Source: Squalus acanthias
Lineage: Eukaryota
NCBI GenBank assembly: GCA_030390025.1
Contig: CM059432.1
Coordinates: 93,498,001 to 93,562,000 of the forward strand
Length of the DNA stretch: 64,000 bases
Direction: 5' to 3'
In this document: one piece after another, positions 46,480 to 57,811 of the stretch
Numbering within the stretch: position 1 is the stretch's first letter
Layout: the number at the start of each line of letters is the position of its first letter
Translations under genes and position numbers: made by a program
Notes under the pieces: generated by a model
What the model saw: only the letters and a program-made list of their open reading frames with translations
Database searches by the model: none
What the model was told of the DNA's origin: nothing

Positions 46480-49180
46480 AACAAGAAATAGGATACAGAT
46501 TACTTAGTAGTGCCAGATGGACGAACTGGGAGGGGGATGTATTATTTTATGTGAAAGAGAACTTGATTATAACAGAGATAGAACTGATCCAGATAAAGAT
46601 AATGTAGAAATCCTGTGGATAGGGATGAGAGACATGAAGGGGAGTAAACTAACTTTGGGTGCTTGCCATAAACCACCAGGGCAGTAGGAGGGATTGAACT
46701 AACAAATACAGGAAGCTTGTTTAGGAACAGATGCAATTGTTATGGGTGACTTCAATTTACCAAGCATAGTTTGGGAAATACTATAGAGTGAAGAGTGGGT
46801 ACATACCATTGGGAAGAAAGGCAGCAGAGGAAGATCACCAACGTGAGCAACAATGGAATTAATGCAGTGAATGTCAATAAAAATTGGTGGCGCCCAAGTA
46901 TAAAGCTAGAGTTAGCACGATGGATCAAGACGAATATATAAACAAGATAAAAGGGGATGACTAAACTGGTTAGGAGAGCTAAAATAAAAAGTGAGGTTAG
47001 GATAGCAGAGAATATTAAAAGAAAGATTAGTCTTTCCCATCTACATATTTGCAGCAAGCAGGTGAAAAAAGATAGTGGGGCCATTGAAAGATTCCAAAAG
47101 TGACCCAAGGACAGCAAATATATTAAATTAATTCCTCATTTGTGTTCACAGATGAGACCATAGCATTCTCCCAGCACAGAATTTGAATTTACGGAGGGGG
47201 AGGGAGGCAAGGGGAATGTGAGGAAGAGGAAGTATTAAAAAAAGAGAATTCAGCTAAGTAAAAGTCTCAAGCAGTTAAAGACAAGACACCATCCCAGATA
47301 GATTTCACACAATGGTATTTCAAGTGGCCAGTGAGTTCGATTTTTTTTTTTAGGGAATCAGTAAAAACTGAAGTAGTCCCAGAGAGCAAATGTAACACCG
47401 CTATTCAAGAAAGGAGGGAAGAGAAAAAACAGGGAACTACAGGCCAGTTAGCCTGACATCAGTCGTTGGGAAAATGCTGGAATCCATAGTTAAGGAAGTG
47501 ATATCAAGTCACTTAGAAAATCATAACATGATTAGGCAGAGTCAACATGGTTTTATGAAAGGGAAATCGTGTTTGACAAATTTATTAGAGTTTTTTGAGG
47601 ATGTAACTAGTAGGGTAGATAAAGGGGTACCAGTGGATGTAGTATATTTGGATTTCCAAAAGGCATTCAATAAGGTGCCACATAAAAGCTTATTACACAT
47701 GATTAGGGCTCATGGGGTTGGGGGTAATATAGTAGCATGGATAGAGGATTGGTTAATGGACAGAAAACAGAGAGTAGGGATAAACGGATCTTTTTCAGGT
47801 TGGCAGGCTGTAAATAGTGGGGTGCCGCAAGGATTAGGGTTGGGGCCTCAGCTATTTACAATCTATATTAATGACCTAGATGAAGGGACCGAGTGTAATG
47901 TATCCAAGTTTGCTGATGATACAAAGCTAGGTGGGACAGTAGGCTGTGAGGAGAACACAAAGAGTCTGCAAAGGGATATAAATAGACTAAGTGAGTGGGC
48001 AGTAAGGTGGCAAATGGAGTATAATGTAGGGAAATGTGAGGTTATTCATTTAGGAAGAATAGAAAAACAGAATATTTTTGAAATGGTGAGAAACTTTCAA
48101 ATGTTGGTGTTCAGAGAGATTTGGGTGTCCTCGTGCAAGAAACACAGAATGCTAGCATGCAGGTACAGCAAGCAATAAGGAAGGCAAATGGCATGTTGGC
48201 CTTTATTACAAGGGGGTTGGAGTATAAGAGTAAGGAAGTCTTGCTACAATTGTACAGGGCCTTGGTGAGACCACACCTGGAGTACTGTGCACAGTTTTGG
48301 TCTCCTTATCCAAGGAAGGATATACTTGCCTTGGAGGCGGTGCAACGAAGGTTCACTAGATTGATTCCTGGGATGAGAGGGCTGTCCTATGATGAGAGGT
48401 TGTGTAGAATGGGCCTATACTCTCTGGAGTTTAGAAGAACGAGAGGTGATCTCATTGAAACATACAAGATTCTGAAGGGGATTGACAGGGTAGATGCTGA
48501 GAGGTTGTTTCCCCTGGCTGGTGTGTCTAGAACTAGGGAGCATAGTCTCAGGATAAGGGGTAGGCCATTTAAGACTGCGATGAGGAGGAATTTCTTCACT
48601 CAGAGGGCTGTGAATCTTTGGAATTCTCTGCCCCAGAGGGCCGTGAATGCAGAGTCTTTGAGTATATTCAAGGCTGAGATAGATAGATTTTTGGTCTCTA
48701 GGGGAATCAAGGGATATGGAGATCGGGCGGGAAAGTGGAATTGAGGTCGATGATCAGCCATGATCTTATTGAATGGCGGAGCAGGCTCGAGGGGCCGTAT
48801 GGCCTACTCCTGCTCTTATTCCTTATGTTCTTAGAACTGGTAAGCAGCTAACGCAACATCAATCTTTAAAAAGGAGCATAGGGATCCAGGAAAGTACAGA
48901 CCAGTGAGCCCACTATCTGTTGTGAGTGAAGTATCAGAAACCATCCTGGTATAGTATGTCAATGGGTAGTCCACATGAATTTACAGGGGGTGGGCGGGGG
49001 GGTCTTTCCCAACAAATTTGCCAGAGTTCTGAGGAAATGACGGATCTTGTGGATAACAAAAATTCTGTATTCAGGTTTCAGCAAAGCTTTTGTTACTGTA
49101 TCAAACAAGCAATTAGTCCATTAGGAAGAACAACATGAAATAGGAGGCAAGCTTCTGACATGGTTTGAAAACTTGTTAAA
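46480..49180 (+). mobile_element. Old, heavily decayed CR1 ORF2 hosting a younger CR1
   Basis: Remnants gttatgggtgacttcaat (VMGDFN) near 46740; gtcccagag (about 47385) resumes as aactgg...aagtacagaccagtgagc after 48833. Confidence 0.6.
47385..48832 (+). mobile_element. Younger 5'-truncated CR1 (RT domain plus 3' UTR)
   Basis: ORFs 47474-48178 (QHGFMKGKSCLTNL, YLDFQKAF, GVPQG, FADDTKL) and 48121-48744 (RPHLEYC, WNSLP), separated by a frameshift. Confidence 0.93.
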
Positions 49181-51019
49181 ATAACCCCTTTAACTTACAG
49201 AATCTTAAAATGATACAGCTCAGAAGGAGGAGGTCCATCGCGCCTGCGCCAGCTCTTTGAAAGAGCTATCCCATTCGTCCCACTCCCCCTGCTCTTTCCC
49301 CAAAGGCCTGCAAATTTTTCCATTTCAAGTATTTATCCAATTATTGAATCTGCTTCCACCACCCTTTCAGTCAGTGCACTCCTGATCATAACAATTCTCT
49401 GCATAATTTTTATTTTCCCTCATGTCGCCTCTGGTTCTTTTGCCAATTACTTTAAATCTGTGCCTTTGGTTACCGACCCTTCTGTGAGTGGAAACAGTTT
49501 CTCCTTATTTACTCTATCAAAACCATTCCTGATTTTGAACACTTCTATCAAATCTTCCCATAACCTTCTCTGTTCTAAGGTAAACAACTCCAGTTTCTCT
49601 CGTCTCTAGTAACTGAAGCCTTTCACCTCGTACCATTCTGGTAAATCTCCTCTACACCCTCTCTATGGCCTTAACATCCTTCCTAAAGTGTGATGGCCAG
49701 AATTGGGCACAATACACCAACTGGAGCCTATCCAGTGTTTTGTAAAAGGTTTAATAGAACTTCCTTACTTTTGCACTCTATGCCTCGAGTTATAAAGCTA
49801 AGGATACCGTATGCCTCTTTAACAGCTTTCTCAACTTGTCCTGCCACCTTCGAAGATTTGTGTACGCCACCACCAGGTCTCTGTTCCTGCACCCCCTTTA
49901 AAATTGTACCATTTGGCTTATATTGCCTCTCTTCATTCTTCCTACCAAAATGAACCACTTCACACTTCTCTGCATTAAATTTCATTTGCCATGTATCTCC
50001 CATTTCACCAGTCTGTCTATGTCCTCCTGGAGTCTGTTACTATCCTCCTCACTGTTTACTACATTTCTGAGTTTTGTGTCATCTGCAACCTTTGAAATTA
50101 TGCCCAGCAAATCCAAGTCCAGATCAGTAATATATATCAAAAAGAGCAGTGGTCCCAACACCGCCCCCTGGGGGACACTACTGCACACTTCCCTCCAGTC
50201 TGAAAAAAAGCATTCATCACGACTCTCTGCCCCTTATCCAATTTTGTATCCATGCAGCCACTGCCCCTTCAATCCTATGGGCTTCAATTTTGCTAACAAG
50301 TCTATTGTGTGATACTTTCTCAAATGCCTTTTGAAAGTCCATATACACAACATTAACCGTACTACCATCATCAATCCTCTTCGTTACTTCATCAAAGAAC
50401 TCAATTAAGTTAGTCAAACACGATTTGCATTTTACAAATCCGTGCTGGCTTTCAGTTATTAACACATATTTTTCCAAGTGCAAATTCATTTTATCCTGGA
50501 TTAATGTCTCTAAAAATTTCCCCACCACCGACATTAGGCTAACTAGCCTGTAGTTGCCGGGTTTATCACTCTCCCCTTTTTTGAACAGGGGTGTAACATT
50601 TTCAATCCTCCAGTCCTCTGGCATCAGAGGAGGATTGGAAGATTGTGGCCAGAGTCTCCGCAATTTCCACCCTTACTTCCCTCAGCAACCTAGGAATTAT
50701 CCCATCCGGACCTGGTGACTTTTCTAGTTTGAGCGCTGCCAACATTTATCTTTTTTTATCCTATCCAATTTATCAACTACCTCCTCCTTTACTGTAACAT
50801 TGGCAGCATCTTCTTCCTCAGTGAAGGCAGATGCAAAGTACTCATTTAGTACCTCAGCCATGCCCTTTGCCTCGACAAGAAGATCGCCTTTTTGGCCCCT
50901 AATCTACCCCACCCTACCTTACAATTTATAAGTTTATAAAAGACATTTGGTTTCCCTTTTATGTTACCAGCTGATCTATTCTCACACACTCTCTTTGCCC
51001 CTCTTATTTCCTTTTTCAG

Positions 51020-52335
51020 TTGGTGAGAGTGACTGCCCTTGACATCAAGGCAGCATTTGACCGAGTGTGGCACCAAGGAGCCCTAATAAAATCGAAGACA
51101 ATGGGGATCAGGGGGAAACCTTTCCACTGGCTGGAGTCATACCTAGCACAAAGGAAGATGGTTGTAGTTTTTGGAGGCCAATCATCTCAGCCCCAGGGTA
51201 TTGCTGTAGGAGTTCCTCAGGGCAGTATCCTTGGCCCAACCATCTTCAACTGCTTCATCAATGACCATCCCCCCATCATAAGCTCAGAATTGGGGATATT
51301 TGCTGATGATTACAGTGTTCAGTTCCATTCGTAATTCCTCAGATAATGAAGCAGACCGTGCCCGCATGCAGCAAGACCTGGACAAGATCCAGGTTTGGGC
51401 TGATAAGTGACAAGTAATATTCGCGCCACACAAGGCCATTCAATGTCAAGGGGAGGGGTTTCGACTCCCTCTAGTGGAGATGGTCATTGCCTGGTGGTAC
51501 AGGCTGCTTGATTGGCACACCATCCACCACCTTAAACATTCACTCTCTCCAACAGTGGTGCAACATGGTTGCAGTGTGTACCATCATCTCCAACTAGAGG
51601 GAGTCTAGACGCCTCCCCTTGACATTCACTGGCATTACCATCATCAAATCCCCCACCATCAACATCCTGGGGGGTCACCATGAACCAGAAACTTAATTGG
51701 ACCAGCCACATAAATACTTTTGCTACAAGAGCAAGTCAGAGGCAGGGTATTCTGCGGCGAGTGTCTCACCTCCTGACTCCCCAAAGCCTTTCCACCATCT
51801 ACAAGGCACAAGTAAGGAGTGTGATGGAATACTCTCCACTTGCCTGGATGAGTGCAACTCTAACAGCACTCAAGAAACTTGACACTATCCAGGACAAAGC
51901 AGCCTGCTTGATTGGCACCCATCCACCACCTTAAACATTCACTCCCTCCACCACCAGCGCACCGTGGCTGCAGTGTGTACCACATACAAGATGCACAACA
52001 GCAACTCGCCAAGGCTTCTTCGATAGCACCTCCCAAAACACGTGATCTCTACCACCTAGAAAGAAGAGGGCAGCAGGCTCATGGGAACACCATCTCCAAG
52101 TTCCCCTCTAATTCACACACCATCCTGACTTGGAAATATATCGCCATTCCTTCACCATCGCTCGGTCAAAATCCTGGAACTCCCAACTGAACATCACTGT
52201 GGGAGTACCTTCATCATACAGACTACAGCGGTTCAAGGTGGCCGCTCACCACAACCTTCTCAAGGGCAATTAGGGATGGGCAACAATTGCTGACCTTGCC
52301 AGTGAGGCCCACATCCTGTGAATAAATACATTTTT
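51020..52335 (+). mobile_element. 5'-truncated non-LTR retrotransposon (same family as 16751-17351)
   Basis: ALDIKAAFDRVWH, GVPQGSILGPTIF, FADD, TPQSLSTIYKAQVRSVMEYSPLAWMS; 3' aataaa. Confidence 0.88.
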
Positions 52336-53349
52336 AAAAATGTTCTCCCCTGCACTTTTTGTATTCAGCTTGGTTCTCCACTGAATTATGAACCCAACAT
52401 TTATCAGAAGTCTCATTTTTCTGTTTCACTTTAATCTCAATATCTTTAGTCATCCAAGGAGCTCTAGCTTTGGACGGTCTTGTTTCCCCCCTTGTCGGAA
52501 TGTGTCTAGTCTGCACCCAAACTATCTCCTCTTAAAAGGCTTCCCATTGCCCACTTACTGTTTTAGCTGCCAATCTTCGATTTCAATCCATCCCTTTCCA
52601 ACTCACTGAAATTAGACTCCCTCCAGTTGAGTATTTTCACATTTTACTTTCCTCGTCCTTTTCCATAACTATTCTAAACCTAATGATATTGGAATCACTA
52701 TTTCCCAAATGCTCTCCCACTGAAACATGCTCCACTTCATTTTACAGCACTTCAGATCCAGCATGGCTTCTTTTCCTCATTAGGCTGGAAACAACTGATC
52801 AAGGAAGTTCTCTTGTATACATTTCAGAAATTCTTCCCCTTCTTTGCCCTTTACACTGTTATTTTCCCAGTCTGTATTCGAATAAGAAGACCCCGTCACT
52901 ACTCTAACGCTCTTGCATCTTTCTGTAATTTGCCTGCAAAGTTGCTCCTCTATTTCTTTCCTATTATTTGGTGGCCTATAGTACACACCCAATAGCGTGA
53001 TAGCTCCTCTATTGTTCCTTAATTTTAACCAAATAGGTTCTGCCTTTGAATCCTCATGTACATCATCCTTTTCTAGTGCTATTAACAGTATCTTTGATCA
53101 ATACTGCCACCCTCCTCCTTTTTTTCCTTCACTATCTTTTCTGAATACATTGTAGCCCGATATATTAAGTGCCAATTCCTCCCGTTTTTGAGCTTGGTTT
53201 CCGTTATTGCTACTATATCATAATCCCATGTAGCTACTTGTGCCTGCAGTTCACCAACCTTATTTACCACTCCGTACATGTATGCACATGCACTCTAAAC
53301 CCATCTCAGTCTGCCTTGCAATTCCCCCATCTGATCCTTCCTATTTCTG

Positions 53350-53590
53350 AACAACAACAACTACTTGTATTTATATAGCACCTTTAAACGTAGTAAAACG
53401 TCCCAAGGCTCTTCACAGGGTGTTATAAAACAAAATTTGACACCGAGCCACATGAGGAGAAATTAGGGCAGAGGACCAAAAGCTTGGTCAAAGAGGTAGG
53501 TTTTAAGGAGCGTCTTAAAAGGAGGAGAGAGAGGTAGAGAGGCGGAGAGGTTTAGGGAGGGAATTCCAGAGCTTAGGGCCGAGGCAGCTG
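53350..53590 (-). mobile_element. L2 LINE 3' end fragment
   Basis: Minus-strand tail aaaggtgctatataaatacaag followed by (gtt)n; LWNSLP-like coding end. Confidence 0.7.
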
Positions 53591-53949
53591 CACTTTATTT
53601 TATCTATCTCTTTGGCCTAGAAATTGGATATAGCCACAAAACGGGCTGTGTTAATGCCCAACGATGTTAAGTTGCGCCACCTCAAAATGGTCTAGGTAAC
53701 ACACAAAATTCATGCTCACTCCTCATTAACATGATTTCCGCAATAAAACTGCTGCTGTTTGGCTTAACATTCAACAGGTGGACCAATATCGGGGCCAGTC
53801 TAATTCCCAGTCACGTGTGCCACAGGCTTTTTCAACCTACTTAAAGGGGAGGTACATTGAGGCTACAGCACCTCATTGTCAAGGCAGTTACAACTGCAGC
53901 TGCCACAACAAGAAGCAGAAGCAGAAGCAAGAGTTGGAGGTCCAAAGCA

Positions 53950-55267
53950 ATGGCAGAGCGTCCTAATAGGGAGAGAGCCAGGAGGTTTTCGGACAAAGCT
54001 GTGGAGGCACTCGTTGTGGCCATGGAGAGGAGGCGGATGGTCCTCTTTCCCCAAACTGGCAGGAAGCCCTTTCCATACATCTCCCGTACGATGTGCCTGG
54101 AGATAGCCGCCTACGTGACAGCGAGCACCGTGGTGCCAAGGTCGGCCATCCAGTGCAGAAAGAAGTTTAATGACCTCACACGGGTGGTCAAGGTGTGACA
54201 GCTTCAGCAAATGCCATATCCCACCATCTGCACCACAAGCCTCACACAGTGCTCAATGCACCACACCCCCATGCCAGCAACCTCTAGCTATCACCACTCA
54301 CACCTCACAACTTAAGTCAGAGCTTCACTCCACCCTCACAACCTTACCACTGCTGCAACACTCTCACCCACATCTCACAATTTGCACCCACTGACAGTTA
54401 TTCAACTATGGCGGACACAAACACATTGCGCCACACTCACTCACACACTTCCCTTTCCTCTGCAGGCCAAAGTCGCAGATAATCGCCAGGAGCAGCAGCA
54501 GACAGGCGGGGGCAGGCTGAAATGCACCACCTCAGCCAGCTCGAGAAGAGAGTTCTGTGGCTCATTGGGTGGCACATCGTAAAGGCCATGGCAACTGGTG
54601 AGGTTGAATCCCTTGGGGACAACAATGGTATGGTCATTTCTAATCCTCCTTCTCACATCCCATTCCCCCTCCGCCCACAATCTCAATCACTTTCAAGCTA
54701 CGGATGCATGCACATCTGGTATTCCTGCCCCCTCCTCCAACCCCCGCTCCCCTCACCATAACCCGACTTTTGTGCCTTTCTGCTTTCATATAATCAACAA
54801 GCACTGGACCAGCCTGTCTAGGAGGTGATGATACCCAAGTTCAGACAGATGCTATCGTGGTTGGGTTTACCACGGTCGACTGGGCTTGCAGGATGTGCGC
54901 CAACAGATTGTTAGGGATGCTGAGGTGCTGTTCCGGGGGAGTGGCAGTGGGTCAGAACCCTGCTGTCCTCTCTCAGGATGACAGCATTCCTATTCCCACC
55001 CCTGCCACTCCGCCATTGCCCTTGCCGCTGCCTGTCACAGCCAGCCAGCCCAGACTGCTGCCGTCAATGCCGAGGTGGTGCAGTCTGCAGCCGGGCCCTT
55101 CTAGGGCAAGAGCTGCTCAAGGTCATCCTGTAAGGACATCTGAAGTCTCCCCCATAGAAACTCAGCAGCCTTCCAGCAGCCATGCTGCAGCCATGGGGGA
55201 GCACTTCATAGGACTACTAAAGTACGAAAAGGCACACAAACGGCAGGGATTGCACAAGCATGATTAG
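53950..55267 (+). pseudogene. Harbinger Myb/SANT-like gene; exon 1 open
   Basis: Exon 1 53950-54192 MAERPNRERARRFSDKAVEALVVAMERRRMVLFP...IQCRKKFNDLTRVVK then gt; exon 2 54466-54627 (AKVADNRQE, frameshifted); exon 3 partly deleted. Confidence 0.82.
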
Positions 55268-55425
55268 ATCTTATTTTTGCTGTAGATATGTGTCGTGATT
55301 TTCGATAAATTTATAAATTTTGTTTGGAATGTTTTGTGGTATCTCTCATTTCAGCTTTGTGCCCAGGAGGATGCTGTGATATTCCATGACAGAGGGATGG
55401 TATGATGGGGATGTGGCCCCAATAG

Positions 55426-56107
55426 GTCCCTGAAGGTGGCAGGACATATTGAGAGAGTGGTTAGCAAAGCATATGGGATCTTGGGCTTCATAAATAGAGG
55501 TATTGAGTACAAAAGTAGAGAAGTTATGCTGAACCTTTATAAAGCGCTGGTTAGGCCACAACTGGAGTATTGCTTCCAGTTCTGGTCACCACACTTAGGA
55601 AGGATGTGAAGGCCCTTGAGAGGATGCAGAGGAGATTTACCAGAATGGTTCCGGGGATGGGGGATGGGGGATCTTGGCTACAAGGACAGGTTGGAGAAGC
55701 TGAATTTGTTTTCATTAGAGCAAAGGAGGTTGAGGGGTGATTTGATAGAGGTGTACAAGATTATGACGGGTTTGGATAGGCTAGACGGGGAAAGGCTGTT
55801 CCCACTAGTTGATGGTACAAGGACTAGGGGACACAAATTTCAGGTTTTGGGCAAGAGATACAGGGGGGATGTGAGGGAAAAACTTTTTTACGCAGCGAGT
55901 GGTGAGGACCTGGAACTCACTGCCGACGGAAGTGGTGGAAGCGGACACACAATATTTTCAAGGGGAGACTGGATAGGCACTTGAGGGAAATAAGCTTGCA
56001 GGGCTACAGGGATAGAGAGGGGGAATGGGACTGACTGGATTGCTCTAGAGAGCCGGCACGGACTCGATGGGCCGAATGGCCTCCTTCTGTGCTGTTATGA
56101 CTCTATG
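55426..56107 (+). mobile_element. CR1 3' fragment nested in Harbinger 3
   Basis: LYKALVRPQLEYC; RRLRGDLIEVYKIM; tail ctcgatgggccgaatggcctccttctgtgctg. Confidence 0.88.
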
Positions 56108-56129
56108 GTGAGCAACAGGGATCTGGGGT

Positions 56130-57247
56130 TTCATTCATTGGAATCGGAGTCTGATGAGCCGTTAACTGACAGCCCGTCCGGAAGGGAGATTGGCTGCCTG
56201 CTTCCTCCCTTCCTCCTCTCCCTCATCCTCCTCCTCCCCCTCATCCTCTTCCTGCTCTCCCTCATCCTCCTCCTGAGGTGGTCCTGCAATCCCTGCGCCC
56301 TCATGATGGCCAAGTTATGAAGCATGCAGCAGACCATCACGAAATGGGACACCCGCTCCGCTGAGTACAGGAGGGCTCCTCACGAGCGGTCAAGGCAGCG
56401 GAACCATTGCTTCAGTAGCCCGATGCTCTGCTGGATGATGTTCCTGGTGGAAGCATGAGTGCTGGGCACAAGTGATGGGGTTGCGGAGGGGAGTCATGAG
56501 CCAGGTGGAGAGCGGATAGCCCTCATCTCCAAGCAGTCACCCTCGAGTTTGCTGTGGTGGCTAACACAGGGGATTAAGGCATCACTGCTACTGCAGGATA
56601 GCCGGCATTGACCATCAGGAAGCACTGGGCGTGGTCGCACACCAACTGCACATTAAGTGAGCCTTTGCAGTTATGAAAGATCTCAGGATTGTTATACGGT
56701 GCCCGCAAAGCCACGTGTGTGCAGTTGATGGCGCCCTGCACCATGGGGATGCCTGCTATTCTGGTAAAGCCACATGCGCACTCCTCCTGCTTCTCTCTGC
56801 TCCGAGAGAAGACAACGTAGTCCCTTCTCCTGGTGTAGAGAGCCTCAGTGACCTCCCGGATGCAGTGATGGACGGCGAACTGTACAATGTTAGCTAGGTC
56901 TCCTGCTGCAGACTGGAAGGATCCTCTGGCAAAGAAATTGAGGGGCACGGTGACCTTGACTGCCACTGGAGAGCCGCGTTCGCCCCGCTCTCAGGCTGCA
57001 GCTCTGGTTGCAGGAGATGGCAGAGTTCTGTGGCCACCTCCTTGGTGAAGCATAGCCTCCTAAGACACTGCTCGTCACTTAAATGTATATAAGAGAAGTG
57101 CTCTCTGAAGACCCTAGGTGAGTAAGACCTCCTGTTGAGAGCCCTCCTCCTCCTCCCTCTGCGCGCATTTTCTCACCTTCTTTGCTGCCTCCACTCCCTC
57201 TGCCGAAGATCCTGGAGCGTGAGGGGGACTGCCAGTAGAGACCCCAT
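56130..57247 (-). pseudogene. HARBI1-type DDE transposase, disrupted
   Basis: AVKVTVPLNFFARGSFQSAAGDL...VQGAINCTHVALRAP...SLNVQLVCDH; VMVCCMLHNLAIMR. Confidence 0.88.
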
Positions 57248-57811
57248 GGCTGTGAGCAAGTGGTGTGAGCAGAAGCCTTTAAATAAGAATGAAGGTGTTC
57301 TTCACTTGCCCCAACACTCCCTGTTACCATAGAACCTTGCAATAAGTTAATAAAGCTGCTGGAGTTTCAGAAAGTTGCACAGAGCCAGTCAAACTGCAGA
57401 ATCATGTGAGGAGCAAGTTGTTGCTGATGATCCCTTTAAATATTACTGCTGGAGCCTCCTTCCTGCTTCTCAACGCTTGCTCAGCTCATCGTAGTTAAGG
57501 TACGCCGGTAAGTGGAGCAGCAAAGTCCAATGGAGCAGATCGGGTGTCAAATCAGCATTGCACACTCACTGATGTCACGATCTGCTTAATTTCAATGATT
57601 CCCGCGATCGTTGCTATCGGCAGCGCTGCCATCCGTGTGACCCGCCGCCAGCTTACTTAAGCGCGGCGGCCGCCTTTTTTTCACCCAATTATGGCGTTGA
57701 TGGGTGGCAATAAACCATCCAATTTCTCTTTATGTCTGTTATCTGTGCACCTTCTATCTCCTCTCTAATGCTTCATTCTGGTGCCCCTCCCCCAACCAAA
57801 TTAGTTTAAAT

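Larger units (their letters stand above)
53614..57728. mobile_element. PIF/Harbinger transposon 3 (CR1 fragment inserted)
   Basis: Left TIR ggcctagaaattggat, right atccaatttct (outer bases lost); ttt on both flanks; Myb (+) and transposase (-). Confidence 0.85.
49197..57810 (-). mobile_element. Decayed CR1 carrying several nested insertions
   Basis: RT motifs at 49700-50660 (VPQGAVLGP, VADDTKL, QHGFVK), APE at 52700-53280 (GVYYRPP), ORF1 end tttaaactaa near 57800; interrupted at 51020-52335, 53350-53590 and 53614-57728. Confidence 0.8.
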
